From positions 71,790-135,789 of the IMG/VR virus record IMGVR_UViG_3300036770_008686: a stretch of 64,000 nt of DNA; one strand, given 5' to 3'. The DNA comes from a virus. The notes beneath the pieces are model-generated. The model did no database searches. It worked only from the letters and a program-made list of their open reading frames with translations, and was not told where the DNA came from. A program made the position numbers and the translations under genes. Of the stretch, positions 18,472 to 27,546 are shown one piece after another. Within the stretch, counting starts at the first letter, position 1. Each line of letters begins with the position of its first letter.

Positions 18472-19100
18472 AAACAAAAATAATAAGTTTTTACGCAGAC
18501 ATAGAGAATAGAAATTACTATAGCCTTTGCGGGCAAAAGTTAAAAGAGTCTCTTGAAAAATTCAACATAGAACACGAGATAGAAGAAATAAACTCATCTA
18601 ACGACTATATGTTGAATTGCTTAAAAAAGCCTGGCTTTATACTCAAAAAAATACTTGATTGTAAAAAACCTTTAATATGGGTTGACGTGGATACAGATTT
18701 TAGATCTCCATTTGAAGATTTTGATAAAAATGATTGTGATATAGGGTTTTGTAGTGATACAGGGGATGTAGAGGGTGTAAAGGCCTCTCCAATATATTTT
18801 AATTATAACGAGAACGCTTTGCTTTTTTTAAATAAATGGAAAGAAGAATGCGAAAAAGCCGTAATAGAAAAAAAAACAGAATTAGATCACGATGTAATAA
18901 AATACATACTATTGCCAGAATTTAATAACAAAATAAAAATAAAAATATTATCAGAAAACTTTATAGATTTTTATAACGGAAAACACATAAAGAGTAGATT
19001 ATCAAAAAATTTTGTAACAAAAAACTTAGCACACAAAAAAATAAAAGAAATAAATAGATACAGAAAAGGCTTGAGTAAAAAAGAATATAAAAGCTTATAA
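18468..19100 (+). CDS. putative nucleotide-sugar transferase (GT-A, DxD)
   Basis: CLKKPGFI, LIWVDVDTDF, ASPIYFN, WKEEC, DHDVI. Confidence 0.65.
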   Translation: MKTKIISFYADIENRNYYSLCGQKLKESLEKFNIEHEIEEINSSNDYMLNCLKKPGFILKKILDCKKPLIWVDVDTDFRSPFEDFDKNDCDIGFCSDTGDVEGVKASPIYFNYNENALLFLNKWKEECEKAVIEKKTELDHDVIKYILLPEFNNKIKIKILSENFIDFYNGKHIKSRLSKNFVTKNLAHKKIKEINRYRKGLSKKEYKSL

Positions 19101-19110
19101 AGAGGAAAAA

Positions 19111-19806
19111 TTGTTTTACGAAAAAGAAAAACAAAAAGAAATATTAACCAAAAAACTACTCAATAAGGAGTTTTTTGCTTTAAATAGATTTGGAGAAGGG
19201 GAAGTAAGAGTAATAATGAGCGGAGGAACAGGAGTATACTTGAGATGTATAGCAAAGTCATCTATAAGGGAATGGGAATACAATCCAAAAGAAGACAAGT
19301 ACTTATACGAACAATTATGTGAAAGCTTTTATTATAAAGAAGAAAACTACATAAAAGCATCGGTTGGTGGTGGCAAAAAAAATCAAGAAGAGTTTGTAAA
19401 AAAAAGCCTGCCAAACGAAGAGTTATTTACCACGACATACTTTTATGGAGATGACTATTACAATGATTTTTTCGAAACATACCTTCCTTTAATGCAGAAA
19501 TATGAGTCCATAAACTTTGTGTGTTCTAAACTGGCAAATTATAAAAATGTTAATATAAATTTTAAAAATGTCTACAATAGTTTTGAAATATCGAACGCAT
19601 GGAAACAAAAAGAAGAAACTAAAAAAGTAATAGAAGAAATAAGCAAAACAAAAAATTCTGTATATATTTTTTCTGTAGGTTTTAATTCCAAAATAATGAT
19701 TAAAAAGCTTTTCCAAGAAAACAAAAACAATGTGTATTATGACTTTGGTGCAAATTTAGACATAAAGCTATATGGAAGAAAAACAAGAGGGAAACACATG
19801 CCATGA
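19111..19806 (+). CDS. GT-D-fold-like glycosyltransferase
   Basis: FALNRFGEGE, YIFSVG, YYDFGANLD. Confidence 0.6.
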   Translation: MFYEKEKQKEILTKKLLNKEFFALNRFGEGEVRVIMSGGTGVYLRCIAKSSIREWEYNPKEDKYLYEQLCESFYYKEENYIKASVGGGKKNQEEFVKKSLPNEELFTTTYFYGDDYYNDFFETYLPLMQKYESINFVCSKLANYKNVNINFKNVYNSFEISNAWKQKEETKKVIEEISKTKNSVYIFSVGFNSKIMIKKLFQENKNNVYYDFGANLDIKLYGRKTRGKHMP

Positions 19807-20426
19807 ATATTTTTGTAGAGTATTTTAACCATAAAAATGAAAGAAGAAAAAGTGAAATAGATAAAACTCTTATTACAAATATTAATTTTAATTATATAAA
19901 TAAATTTTATGTATTCTCTAATAAAGAAGATTCAGAAGAAGTTAAAAAATTAAATTTTAATAAAAAAATAACAAACGTCATAACAGAAGAAAGATGTACC
20001 TTTCAATATATTTTTGACTTTGCAAACTCGGTTTGTGGAGAAGAAGAAATTAACATAACAATGAATAACGATATAATATTAAGCAAATCATTTAGCAATG
20101 TTAAAATTCCCAAAGAATGCTTTTTTGCAATAAGTAGATGGGAAAGAAACAACAACAATCATCCTTTTTGCTACAGAACTTGTGATTCCCAAGATTTGTG
20201 GATTTGGAGAGGAAAAAACAAAATGAAAGAATGTAACTTTTATTTCGGAATACTTGGATGCGACAACAGAATAGTACACATAGCAGAAGAATGCGGATAT
20301 ATAACAAGAAACCCAGCATACACATATAGATGTCACCACAACCACGAATCCAAAGTAAGAATAGGTTCTAATGATGCAAGCCTAAGATTAAAAGGCCCAT
20401 ATAAAAAGGTTTGTCCATGTCATTAA
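19803..20426 (+). CDS. putative glycosyltransferase-related protein
   Basis: MNNDI, FAISRWE, DSQDLWIW, GILGCDNRI, HNH; lies inside the glycan island. Confidence 0.5.
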   Translation: MNIFVEYFNHKNERRKSEIDKTLITNINFNYINKFYVFSNKEDSEEVKKLNFNKKITNVITEERCTFQYIFDFANSVCGEEEINITMNNDIILSKSFSNVKIPKECFFAISRWERNNNNHPFCYRTCDSQDLWIWRGKNKMKECNFYFGILGCDNRIVHIAEECGYITRNPAYTYRCHHNHESKVRIGSNDASLRLKGPYKKVCPCH

Positions 20427-21088
20427 AAGTATACACATTTTACACAGACAGTCACAAAAAGCTACTAGAAGAATACTTTATACCCACCTTTAATGAAACA
20501 AATAGCGATTTAAGTTTAGAAGTAAAAAAATTTGAACAAAAATGCAGTTCTGGAAACTATATGTCAAGTGGTTGGTATCAAATAATGATGAACAAGGTGG
20601 ATTATATTCTATCTAGCATAGATGAATCATGGGGAAAAGTTTTTATACACGCAGATTGTGACATTGTTTTTTTTGGATCTATAAAAGAAGATATCTTACA
20701 ACAAATGGAAGAAAAAGACATAGCAGCTCAAAATGATGGAAATGAAATTTGTTGTGGATTTTTTGCCTGTAAGGCAAACGAAAAAACAAAAAGTTTATTC
20801 GAGCAAGTAAAAAAAGAGATGAATGAAAAATTCAATGATCAACAAGCAACAAATAAATTAGTCAAAAAATATGTATCGTATAAATATTTAAACGAAAGAT
20901 ACTATAGCATATACAGAAATACAAATAAAAAAGTCTGGGAAAAGGGTGTGAATATAAATGAAAAAGAAATTCCAAAAGAAATGCTTGTATATCATGCAAA
21001 CTGGACCGTTGGTGTTGAGAACAAAATAGAACTTATGAATAAGGTTAAAAAAATTATCTATGATAATAGAAAAAAACACAATTTATAG
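20411..21088 (+). CDS. nucleotide-diphospho-sugar transferase (GT77-like)
   Basis: FIHADCDIVF, CCGFF, DQQATN, YHANWTVG. Confidence 0.8.
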   Translation: MSMSLKVYTFYTDSHKKLLEEYFIPTFNETNSDLSLEVKKFEQKCSSGNYMSSGWYQIMMNKVDYILSSIDESWGKVFIHADCDIVFFGSIKEDILQQMEEKDIAAQNDGNEICCGFFACKANEKTKSLFEQVKKEMNEKFNDQQATNKLVKKYVSYKYLNERYYSIYRNTNKKVWEKGVNINEKEIPKEMLVYHANWTVGVENKIELMNKVKKIIYDNRKKHNL

Positions 21089-21995
21089 CAAGATAAGCGA
21101 TTTGAGATCCTACATATGTAGCGACATTTGTGAAAATCCAAAAAAAATATATGAAGAAATAAAAAAATTAGAAAATAATTTAATGGAAGGAGAGGTAAAA
21201 GTTCCCGAGGAGTTTAAACCCAAGATTAAAGTAACATATCCTCCGGAAAATTACTCTATATTTGAAGATTGGGTATCGGACAACTATACATCTAATTTTA
21301 GTAGAAAATACCTACCTATTCACTGGACGAGCTATCATGTTAATAATAAATATGGAACAATAAAATCAGTAGTAAAAAGACTGCAGGATTATGTCGATAG
21401 CTTGCCCAGAAATGAAAAATATTGGACAATTTGCCAATATGACGACGGAGTTTTAATAGACTTCAAAGACTTAGATATTTTAGTTTTTAGTATGAGTAAA
21501 AAGCTAGGGGTGGAGATTCCTTTGGTCTGTATGCCACATTCCTACAATCAAGAGAATAAAAAAAACATATTTGCTTCATTTATAGGAAAAGAAACACATC
21601 CAATAAGAAAGCATGTGCTAAATATTAAAAATTCAAATTATTATATATCAAGAGAAAATCACAATATACAAAAATATTGTGAAATAATGAGCAGATCAAT
21701 ATTTGGTTTGTGCCCCAGAGGTTATGGATTAAATAGTTTTAGAACATCAGAGTGTATGCAATATGAAACAATACCAGTTTACATAAGCGATGAATTTATA
21801 AGTGTTTTTGATGCTGATTTTGAAGATTATGGAATAAAAATAAATCAAAAAGAAGCAGACAAAATTGAGCAAATACTAAATAATGTTACAGAAGAAGAAA
21901 TAGAAAAAAAAAGAAAAAAAATAAAAGAATATTACAGTAAATATTATACTTATGAAGGCATGATTAAAAATATAGAAAAAAAATTATATGAATAA
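21060..21995 (+). CDS. exostosin-like glycosyltransferase (GT47)
   Basis: ASFIG, SIFGLCPRGYGLNSFRTSECMQYETIPVYISD. Confidence 0.85.
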   Translation: MIIEKNTIYSKISDLRSYICSDICENPKKIYEEIKKLENNLMEGEVKVPEEFKPKIKVTYPPENYSIFEDWVSDNYTSNFSRKYLPIHWTSYHVNNKYGTIKSVVKRLQDYVDSLPRNEKYWTICQYDDGVLIDFKDLDILVFSMSKKLGVEIPLVCMPHSYNQENKKNIFASFIGKETHPIRKHVLNIKNSNYYISRENHNIQKYCEIMSRSIFGLCPRGYGLNSFRTSECMQYETIPVYISDEFISVFDADFEDYGIKINQKEADKIEQILNNVTEEEIEKKRKKIKEYYSKYYTYEGMIKNIEKKLYE

Positions 21996-22080
21996 AATAG
22001 AATTAAACACAGAAAGAATGCTGGGGTATGGTTTATATGAATAAAATAGAATTAAACACAGAAAGAATGCTAGGGTATGG
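21984..22080 (+). repeat. 49-bp-period tandem duplication of a gene start
   Basis: ttatatgaataaaatagaattaaacacagaaagaatgct(g/a)gggtatgg at 21984 and 22033, one mismatch. Confidence 0.95.
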
Positions 22081-22543
22081 CTCCTATAACAATGTAAACT
22101 ACTTACATGGATTAGATGATTTATGTAAAAAATATATTAAAAAAACAGATACAATATTAGAATTGGGAACAAACGATGGCATTAGTTCTGCTCTTTTTTC
22201 TTTTTATGCTAAACAAGTTTATACAATAGATTTAAAAGAACCAAGCGAAAGACTAAAAAAAGTTTTAAATGAACATAAAAATATAAAATTTATAAATGGA
22301 TCTTTTTACGAAGAAATAAATAAATTAAAAATGAATTTTGAATTTATTTATATAGATGGAAATCATGACTACGACTCTGTCTTATCTGATATTAAATTTT
22401 GTATCCCGTTTTTAAAAAACAATATAATAGGTGGCCATGATTTTTTCGACAACAATTGCGACGTAGCAAAAGCCGTAAAATCATTTTTTTTTAACAAAAA
22501 AGTAAATTTATTTAAAGATAGTTCTTGGGTGATAGAAATTTAA
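22037..22543 (+). CDS. class I SAM-dependent methyltransferase (Methyltransf_24-like)
   Basis: ILELGTNDG, FIYIDGNHDYDSVLSDI, GGHDF. Confidence 0.85.
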   Translation: MNKIELNTERMLGYGSYNNVNYLHGLDDLCKKYIKKTDTILELGTNDGISSALFSFYAKQVYTIDLKEPSERLKKVLNEHKNIKFINGSFYEEINKLKMNFEFIYIDGNHDYDSVLSDIKFCIPFLKNNIIGGHDFFDNNCDVAKAVKSFFFNKKVNLFKDSSWVIEI

Positions 22544-22558
22544 AAATTGAGGATAAAA

Positions 22559-23167
22559 ATGAAAACAGAGCTATGCAACTTAATGGACAAATTCGGCAGC
22601 GACAAAGCTTCATACCATAATTATACATTATTTTATTATGATTTATTGAAAGAAAAAAAATATCAAGAAGTAAAAATATTTGAAGTAGGGTTGGGGACAA
22701 ACAACACTAGCATACCATCTAACATGGGGGCAAATGGAAGACCCGGGGCCTCGTTGAGAGCGTGGAAAGAATTTTTTCCAAATGCAAAAATTTACGGAGC
22801 AGACATAGACAAAAATATATTGTTTCACGAAGAAAGAATTAAAACTTTTTTTTGCGACCAAACAGATGAAGTAAGTATAAAAAAAATGTGGGAAAACGAT
22901 GAATTAAAAAATGAAAGTTTTGATCTAATAATAGATGATGGTTTGCATGAAATTAATGCAAACATAAATTTTTTAAAAAATTCATTTAAAAAATTAAAAA
23001 ATGACTCCGCTTTTATAATAGAAGATATAATAGCAGATAAAATAGATAGATATAAAGAAAAAATTCAAAATTTATCAAAAACAATGAACTTTGAGTTTGA
23101 AATTAAAAACTTTGATCATACAAACAAATATGATAATTGTATTTGTTTTATTAAAAAATTAAAATAA
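22559..23167 (+). CDS. class I SAM-dependent (sugar) O-methyltransferase
   Basis: GSDKASYHNY, IFEVGLG, GASLRAWKEFFPNAKIYGADID, DLIIDDGLH. Confidence 0.85.
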   Translation: MKTELCNLMDKFGSDKASYHNYTLFYYDLLKEKKYQEVKIFEVGLGTNNTSIPSNMGANGRPGASLRAWKEFFPNAKIYGADIDKNILFHEERIKTFFCDQTDEVSIKKMWENDELKNESFDLIIDDGLHEINANINFLKNSFKKLKNDSAFIIEDIIADKIDRYKEKIQNLSKTMNFEFEIKNFDHTNKYDNCICFIKKLK

Positions 23168-23168
23168 A

Positions 23169-23792
23169 ATGATAATACAAAAAATTGATAAAAATAAAAA
23201 AATAAGCCCAAGATATAAAACAATATTAGAAATATTAAAAAACATTCCAGACAAATCAAGTGGAATAGAGGTAGGAGTTTTACATGCAGATCTATCTATT
23301 TTTTTACTTGAAAATTGCTTAAAAATTAAAAAGCTATATTTAATAGATCCTTGGAAAAAATACAACAAAGAAGAATACGTTGACTCTGTTAATGAGAAAT
23401 CGCAAAAAGAATATGACGAAATATATTTGAGTGTAAAGCAAAGAATAAAAAGCCATGAAGAAAGAGTTGAATTGTTAAGAGGCGAGTCAAAGGAATTTGA
23501 AAATAAATTTTCAGAAAATAGTTTAGATTTTATATACTTGGATGCGAATCACATGTACGAAAACGTTTTTAATGATATTTCAACATGGTATCCAAAAATT
23601 AAAAAAGGTGGAATTTTATTTGGAAATGACTTTATGGAAGATGGCTACAAAATTTGGCAAAAAGATGTGTATGGAAAGCCAATTTGTTATGGAGAGTATG
23701 GAGTAAGAAGTGCAGTAAGAGTTTATTGCAAACAAAACCAAATCAATTACAGAAGCCCAGGCGAAAATCAATGGTATATCATAAAAAGATGA
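23169..23792 (+). CDS. class I SAM-dependent methyltransferase (Methyltransf_24-like)
   Basis: GIEVGV, LIDPW, DFIYLDANHMYE, GGILFGNDF. Confidence 0.85.
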   Translation: MIIQKIDKNKKISPRYKTILEILKNIPDKSSGIEVGVLHADLSIFLLENCLKIKKLYLIDPWKKYNKEEYVDSVNEKSQKEYDEIYLSVKQRIKSHEERVELLRGESKEFENKFSENSLDFIYLDANHMYENVFNDISTWYPKIKKGGILFGNDFMEDGYKIWQKDVYGKPICYGEYGVRSAVRVYCKQNQINYRSPGENQWYIIKR

Positions 23793-24053
23793 TTATAAAT
23801 CTTTTCTCCAGTCAGTTTTACTGCCTTTCTTTCCTTTGCTTCTTTTCAATTTTTCCTTAGCATGAACCATTTTGCTGGCCCTAGGTCCAGTGTAATGTCC
23901 TATTGAGGCTGGTTTGGAGTATATTGGCATTTCTCCCTTTCCATCAATATAAAGTCTCCATTTTTTACAAAAATCTTTATCCTCGGGATGAGGACATTTT
24001 GTTTCATCTTTTTGAGATTCAACCAATTTTATATAGTCCACAAATCTTATCAT
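23793..24053 (-). CDS. hypothetical protein
   Basis: ORF track; MIRFVDYIKLVE-type phage N-terminus. Confidence 0.65.
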   Translation of the reverse strand: MIRFVDYIKLVESQKDETKCPHPEDKDFCKKWRLYIDGKGEMPIYSKPASIGHYTGPRASKMVHAKEKLKRSKGKKGSKTDWRKDL

Positions 24054-24056
24054 AAT

Positions 24057-24290
24057 TTAATCATCCAAACTTTTAAAAGAATTCAAACTTTTATTGGGAT
24101 TAACAAGTAATTGCTCGAAAAGAACTTTTGCTTTTGCTGAATTGAGTTTTTTCCAAGCTTTTTTTCTTGTACTAAGAGTGTAGTCTTTGAATACATCTCT
24201 TATGCCTTCAACCAAGTCCATAAAACAGTTAATTTTATTAGTGTTGTCTTTTTTGGATTCGTTTAAACAATACTCTTTAAAAGTTTTCAT
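24057..24290 (-). CDS. hypothetical protein
   Basis: ORF track; MKTFKEYCLNE-type phage N-terminus. Confidence 0.65.
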   Translation of the reverse strand: MKTFKEYCLNESKKDNTNKINCFMDLVEGIRDVFKDYTLSTRKKAWKKLNSAKAKVLFEQLLVNPNKSLNSFKSLDD

Positions 24291-24333
24291 AAAATATATA
24301 TGGTTTATCTTTAAAAGTTTTCATAAAATATAT
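24274..24333 (-). repeat. 26-bp direct repeat (34-bp period) duplicating a gene start
   Basis: tctttaaaagttttcataaaatatat at 24274-24299 and 24308-24333. Confidence 0.95.
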
Positions 24334-24334
24334 T

Positions 24335-24385
24335 TGAACTACCCACCCGTTACCGCCATTCATCCCAGCCCTAAAGGGGACTAGA
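24335..24385 (+). mobile_element. collapsed IS200/IS605-like scar (left-end-like plus right-end-like sequences)
   Basis: tgaactacccacc followed by gccattcatcccagccctaaagggg; no transposase or TnpB ORF. Confidence 0.45.
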
Positions 24386-24496
24386 TTTTATGTCGGGAAT
24401 CTCTATGGTTTTGTTGCATCTCTTGTGTGCTTGAGCGATAAGAGTGCCATCAAGATTATCTCTTCCCGTTATTTGTTGAATCATGTTATTGCTCAT
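24371..24496 (-). pseudogene. 41-aa ORF ending inside the IS-like hairpin, possible truncated gene
   Basis: ATGA-coupled to the LamG gene; MSNNMIQQITGRDNLDGTLIAQAHKRCN...; TAG at 24371. Confidence 0.3.
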
Positions 24497-25530
24497 AGTC
24501 CGTATCTTCCTTTTGTTGCTAAATAATTTTGTAAAATTTGCTCATTGCTCAATACAATATTGTACATCAAGACTTGTCCAATATCGCCCTTATATTGATA
24601 ATAACCATATCCAATGCCAAAACTTAAAGGTAGACTTTGAATACTTTTAATGTTATCATTTAATGTGGTGGTTGCACTTAAGGTTCCATTACAATATGTT
24701 TTCACTATATTATTATCCACAGTAACTGTTAGATAGAGCCACTTATCATTTATGGCCCCGGAAGCAAATTGTGGCAAATATCTAGCATCAGTATTACTGA
24801 ATACATCCAAAAAAAGATTCGTTGCATTTGTTTTTATAGATAATGTACCTTGAGACAATCCAAAAACACCTTGAAGTGCTTGGTTGTATATAGACGATCT
24901 ATTAATATAACAACAAATTGAAAATGAAGTATCCGAAACATTCATTTGAGACATTGTTTTTATTGTTGTCATGGAATCGCCGCCATCAAAAATAAACATT
25001 CCTTTATTATTAGTACTAAATTTAGGACATTGAGTAGTACTTGCAAACACACAATTATTAGAGTTTCCTGTTAAATCGTTAATGGTTGTTGGTAATTCTT
25101 TAACACTAAGATAATCTAAATCGAAATCTACCCCGGCAGTATTATCTCCATAAATATTCATATCCCCATCAGAAAGATTATTTGTAAATGTTGACGTGTA
25201 AAAATTTGGGACTAATGCCAAATTTGGCGAGCCAGACATAAAATTTGAACCACGCCTAATTTGAACACCGGTATTAGATTCTCTTAAATTTAACACATTC
25301 CAGCTAACTTGATATGTTTTACCAAACACAACAGATCCTAAATTATTTGTAATTGATATGTTAGTAGTAGAATTCCTTGTTACTGTTTCGTAATTACCAT
25401 CATCTGCTACCAATAAATTACTATTGGTAACAAGCTCTGGTCCCAACCCAGCATAGCTCAAAGGATTCCCGGCATCTAAGCATGTTACCAATCCACCTGT
25501 TATTATTTTAGGGAAGTGATGAAGCGACAT
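24493..25530 (-). CDS. LamG/concanavalin-A-like domain virion or fibre protein
   Basis: PKIITGGLVTCLDAGNPLSY, DLTGNSNN, FIFDGG, KWLYLTVT, YKGDIGQVLMYN..LSNEQILQNY. Confidence 0.85.
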   Translation of the reverse strand: MSLHHFPKIITGGLVTCLDAGNPLSYAGLGPELVTNSNLLVADDGNYETVTRNSTTNISITNNLGSVVFGKTYQVSWNVLNLRESNTGVQIRRGSNFMSGSPNLALVPNFYTSTFTNNLSDGDMNIYGDNTAGVDFDLDYLSVKELPTTINDLTGNSNNCVFASTTQCPKFSTNNKGMFIFDGGDSMTTIKTMSQMNVSDTSFSICCYINRSSIYNQALQGVFGLSQGTLSIKTNATNLFLDVFSNTDARYLPQFASGAINDKWLYLTVTVDNNIVKTYCNGTLSATTTLNDNIKSIQSLPLSFGIGYGYYQYKGDIGQVLMYNIVLSNEQILQNYLATKGRYGL

Positions 25531-25787
25531 TATAGTCCGTACCTTTCTTTTAGAGCATTGTAATTATCCAATATTTGTTTTAGACTCAAAGTTGCTTGAA
25601 AATCATTAACACCATCAAAACCCAAATTATCTCCAGAATACCCAACACCATTTACAAGAGTTCCATTATTCCCATTGCCACTCAAATCCTTCCATATATT
25701 TTCACCCGGCGTATAGCTCACAGGATTGGCGGCGGCCAAACAAAGAACCAAGCCATCGGTAATAATTCTTGGGAAATGAACTAACAT
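25530..25787 (-). CDS. internally deleted LamG-family paralog
   Basis: keeps the N-terminal PRIITDGLVLCL..DLSGNGNNGTL and the C-terminal QILDNYNALKERYGL but lacks the lectin core. Confidence 0.6.
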   Translation of the reverse strand: MLVHFPRIITDGLVLCLAAANPVSYTPGENIWKDLSGNGNNGTLVNGVGYSGDNLGFDGVNDFQATLSLKQILDNYNALKERYGL

Positions 25788-25804
25788 AAAACTCCTTGTG
25801 TTTA

Positions 25805-26998
25805 CTAAATATATCTTCCTTTGAGATTGTTATAATTTTGTTTAATTTCTTGAGCAGTCAAAGCTTTGTTGTAAATACAATAATTAGACATAGATCCATT
25901 CAAAAAATTGTCATAAGTAGATCCATCAATTTGAGAAGCACCTATTGTGGCTATGGAGGAAGAGATATCAACTATAGAAGAGTTAAAAGAAGTTGTAGAA
26001 TAAAATTCTCCGTTTACAAACAAGGTTTTATTGGTATTGCTTACCAACAAAGTTATATTGACCCATGTATCAAGAGGAATATTATAGCCAGTAGACCACT
26101 GGTTTAATCCTGTGTCAAATCTTATCTGGTTTTGCTGAGTGCCTAAACCAAAAATACTAATTCCCCTTCCAATAACTGTCCTGGAACAATAAAAGCACTG
26201 GTTCTTAGTAGAGCTAATTTTGGCCCAAAAACTTATTGTAAAAGGTTTGTTTTGCAATAAGCTACTAGTAGACAGGTAATCATTGCTTCCATCAAAAACC
26301 ATAACACCTTTATTACTGCTGGTATAAAAGTTGCTCAAAGGACTGGCCGATCTTATGATCTGCGAGTGGTTACTATTGTTGCTTAAATCAAACAGTCCAC
26401 CTTCAGTCGCTACAGTGTTTCCTCTTGTGCCATCAACAAAAAAAGTAGAATAAGGCTTTTGTTCTACCTGCACTTCTCTAATCCAAACAAAATCGGTACT
26501 TGAATTAAATGTAGTATTGTTTATTGGGTTTGTCCACAAATACCCTGTCTGAACAGTGGTTGTTGTATATGCAAAGCCCTCTCTAACCAATGTTATGCTA
26601 CCGTCGTCGGGATTAGAGATAATTGTTGAAACGCCCTGAGAAGAGAGTGTTCCATTTACATAAGCTATGGCATTATTGGTTCCAAAATAATTAAACTTAT
26701 TTAATACATTAGTTTTAATTATGCACCTACTAGAATAGAGTATATTAGCTGTAAATGAGACAGCTGTTATTCTCATAATAAAAGGATAGGTGCCGCCTGT
26801 GAATGTTCCAGACATAGAGTACTTTTTCCAAGGTCCATCAAGACCTAAAAAAGTCAAAGTAATATTGCTAAGCCCTAAAAGACCACCTCCAGCAGCTAAA
26901 TTTACCGTAGGTTCTCCTTTAAAACAATTATTATTGGCAGAATCAAAGCAAAATATTAAACCGTCCGAAACAACATCTGGACTAACAAAAATACCCAT
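25805..26998 (-). CDS. LamG/concanavalin-A-like domain virion or fibre protein
   Basis: PDVVSDGLIFCFDSAN, QVEQKPYST, FDGSNDY, TISFWAK, WVNITL, IYNKALTAQEIKQNY. Confidence 0.85.
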   Translation of the reverse strand: MGIFVSPDVVSDGLIFCFDSANNNCFKGEPTVNLAAGGGLLGLSNITLTFLGLDGPWKKYSMSGTFTGGTYPFIMRITAVSFTANILYSSRCIIKTNVLNKFNYFGTNNAIAYVNGTLSSQGVSTIISNPDDGSITLVREGFAYTTTTVQTGYLWTNPINNTTFNSSTDFVWIREVQVEQKPYSTFFVDGTRGNTVATEGGLFDLSNNSNHSQIIRSASPLSNFYTSSNKGVMVFDGSNDYLSTSSLLQNKPFTISFWAKISSTKNQCFYCSRTVIGRGISIFGLGTQQNQIRFDTGLNQWSTGYNIPLDTWVNITLLVSNTNKTLFVNGEFYSTTSFNSSIVDISSSIATIGASQIDGSTYDNFLNGSMSNYCIYNKALTAQEIKQNYNNLKGRYI

Positions 26999-27043
26999 AA
27001 GAAAATCTCCAAGATATATATAATTTTCAAGGGCATTTAAATG

Positions 27044-27538
27044 CTAAAGATTACTTGCCACTAAAAAAGCATTATCTATCTGCTCGCTAGTCAAACCAAG
27101 AACTTCTCCCAAAGTGTTTAGCAAGGGATGGTTTCTTTCTATATATGGAGCATACTCCCATTCAACAAGAGTTTTTTCCCTTAGTTTTTCGTCAACTATT
27201 CCGTTAATTGCGACTTCCACACTTGATAGGCTAATGTTGTTGTCTATGAGCCACAACCTTATTTGTCTGGCGCTTATAGTTTCAGGGACGGTAGGGGTTA
27301 CAGGCTGCCAAGTTCTAACAATATCAACATAAGGACCATCTATGGTGACCACACGTGCGGAATAATTCTCTACAGAATTTTCTGGTTTAGTTGGTTCATC
27401 ACTTCTAACTGTGTAGTATCCCGCATCTGCTAAAACATTTATATCCCTGACAATCCCTGTAATTATAGTTCCATTACTAAGCTTAATTAAGCTAGGGGCA
27501 TTGTTAACAAAAGTTTTATCTTTTAAGTAATAAAGCAT
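27044..27538 (-). CDS. tail-fibre-associated hypothetical protein
   Basis: ISARQIRLWL..EWEYAPYIERNHPL..LGLTSEQIDNAF, typical of proteins next to fibre genes. Confidence 0.65.
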   Translation of the reverse strand: MLYYLKDKTFVNNAPSLIKLSNGTIITGIVRDINVLADAGYYTVRSDEPTKPENSVENYSARVVTIDGPYVDIVRTWQPVTPTVPETISARQIRLWLIDNNISLSSVEVAINGIVDEKLREKTLVEWEYAPYIERNHPLLNTLGEVLGLTSEQIDNAFLVASNL

Positions 27539-27546
27539 ATTTTCCC

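Noticed and set aside
21984-24333. CRISPR mini-arrays at the two direct repeats
   Set aside because: Only two copies each; the repeats contain coding gene starts, are not palindromic, have no proper spacers, and no cas genes are present
24493-26998. Diversity-generating retroelement target/template pair
   Set aside because: The paralogs are too divergent, there is no adenine-specific near-identical repeat, and no reverse transcriptase is in the window
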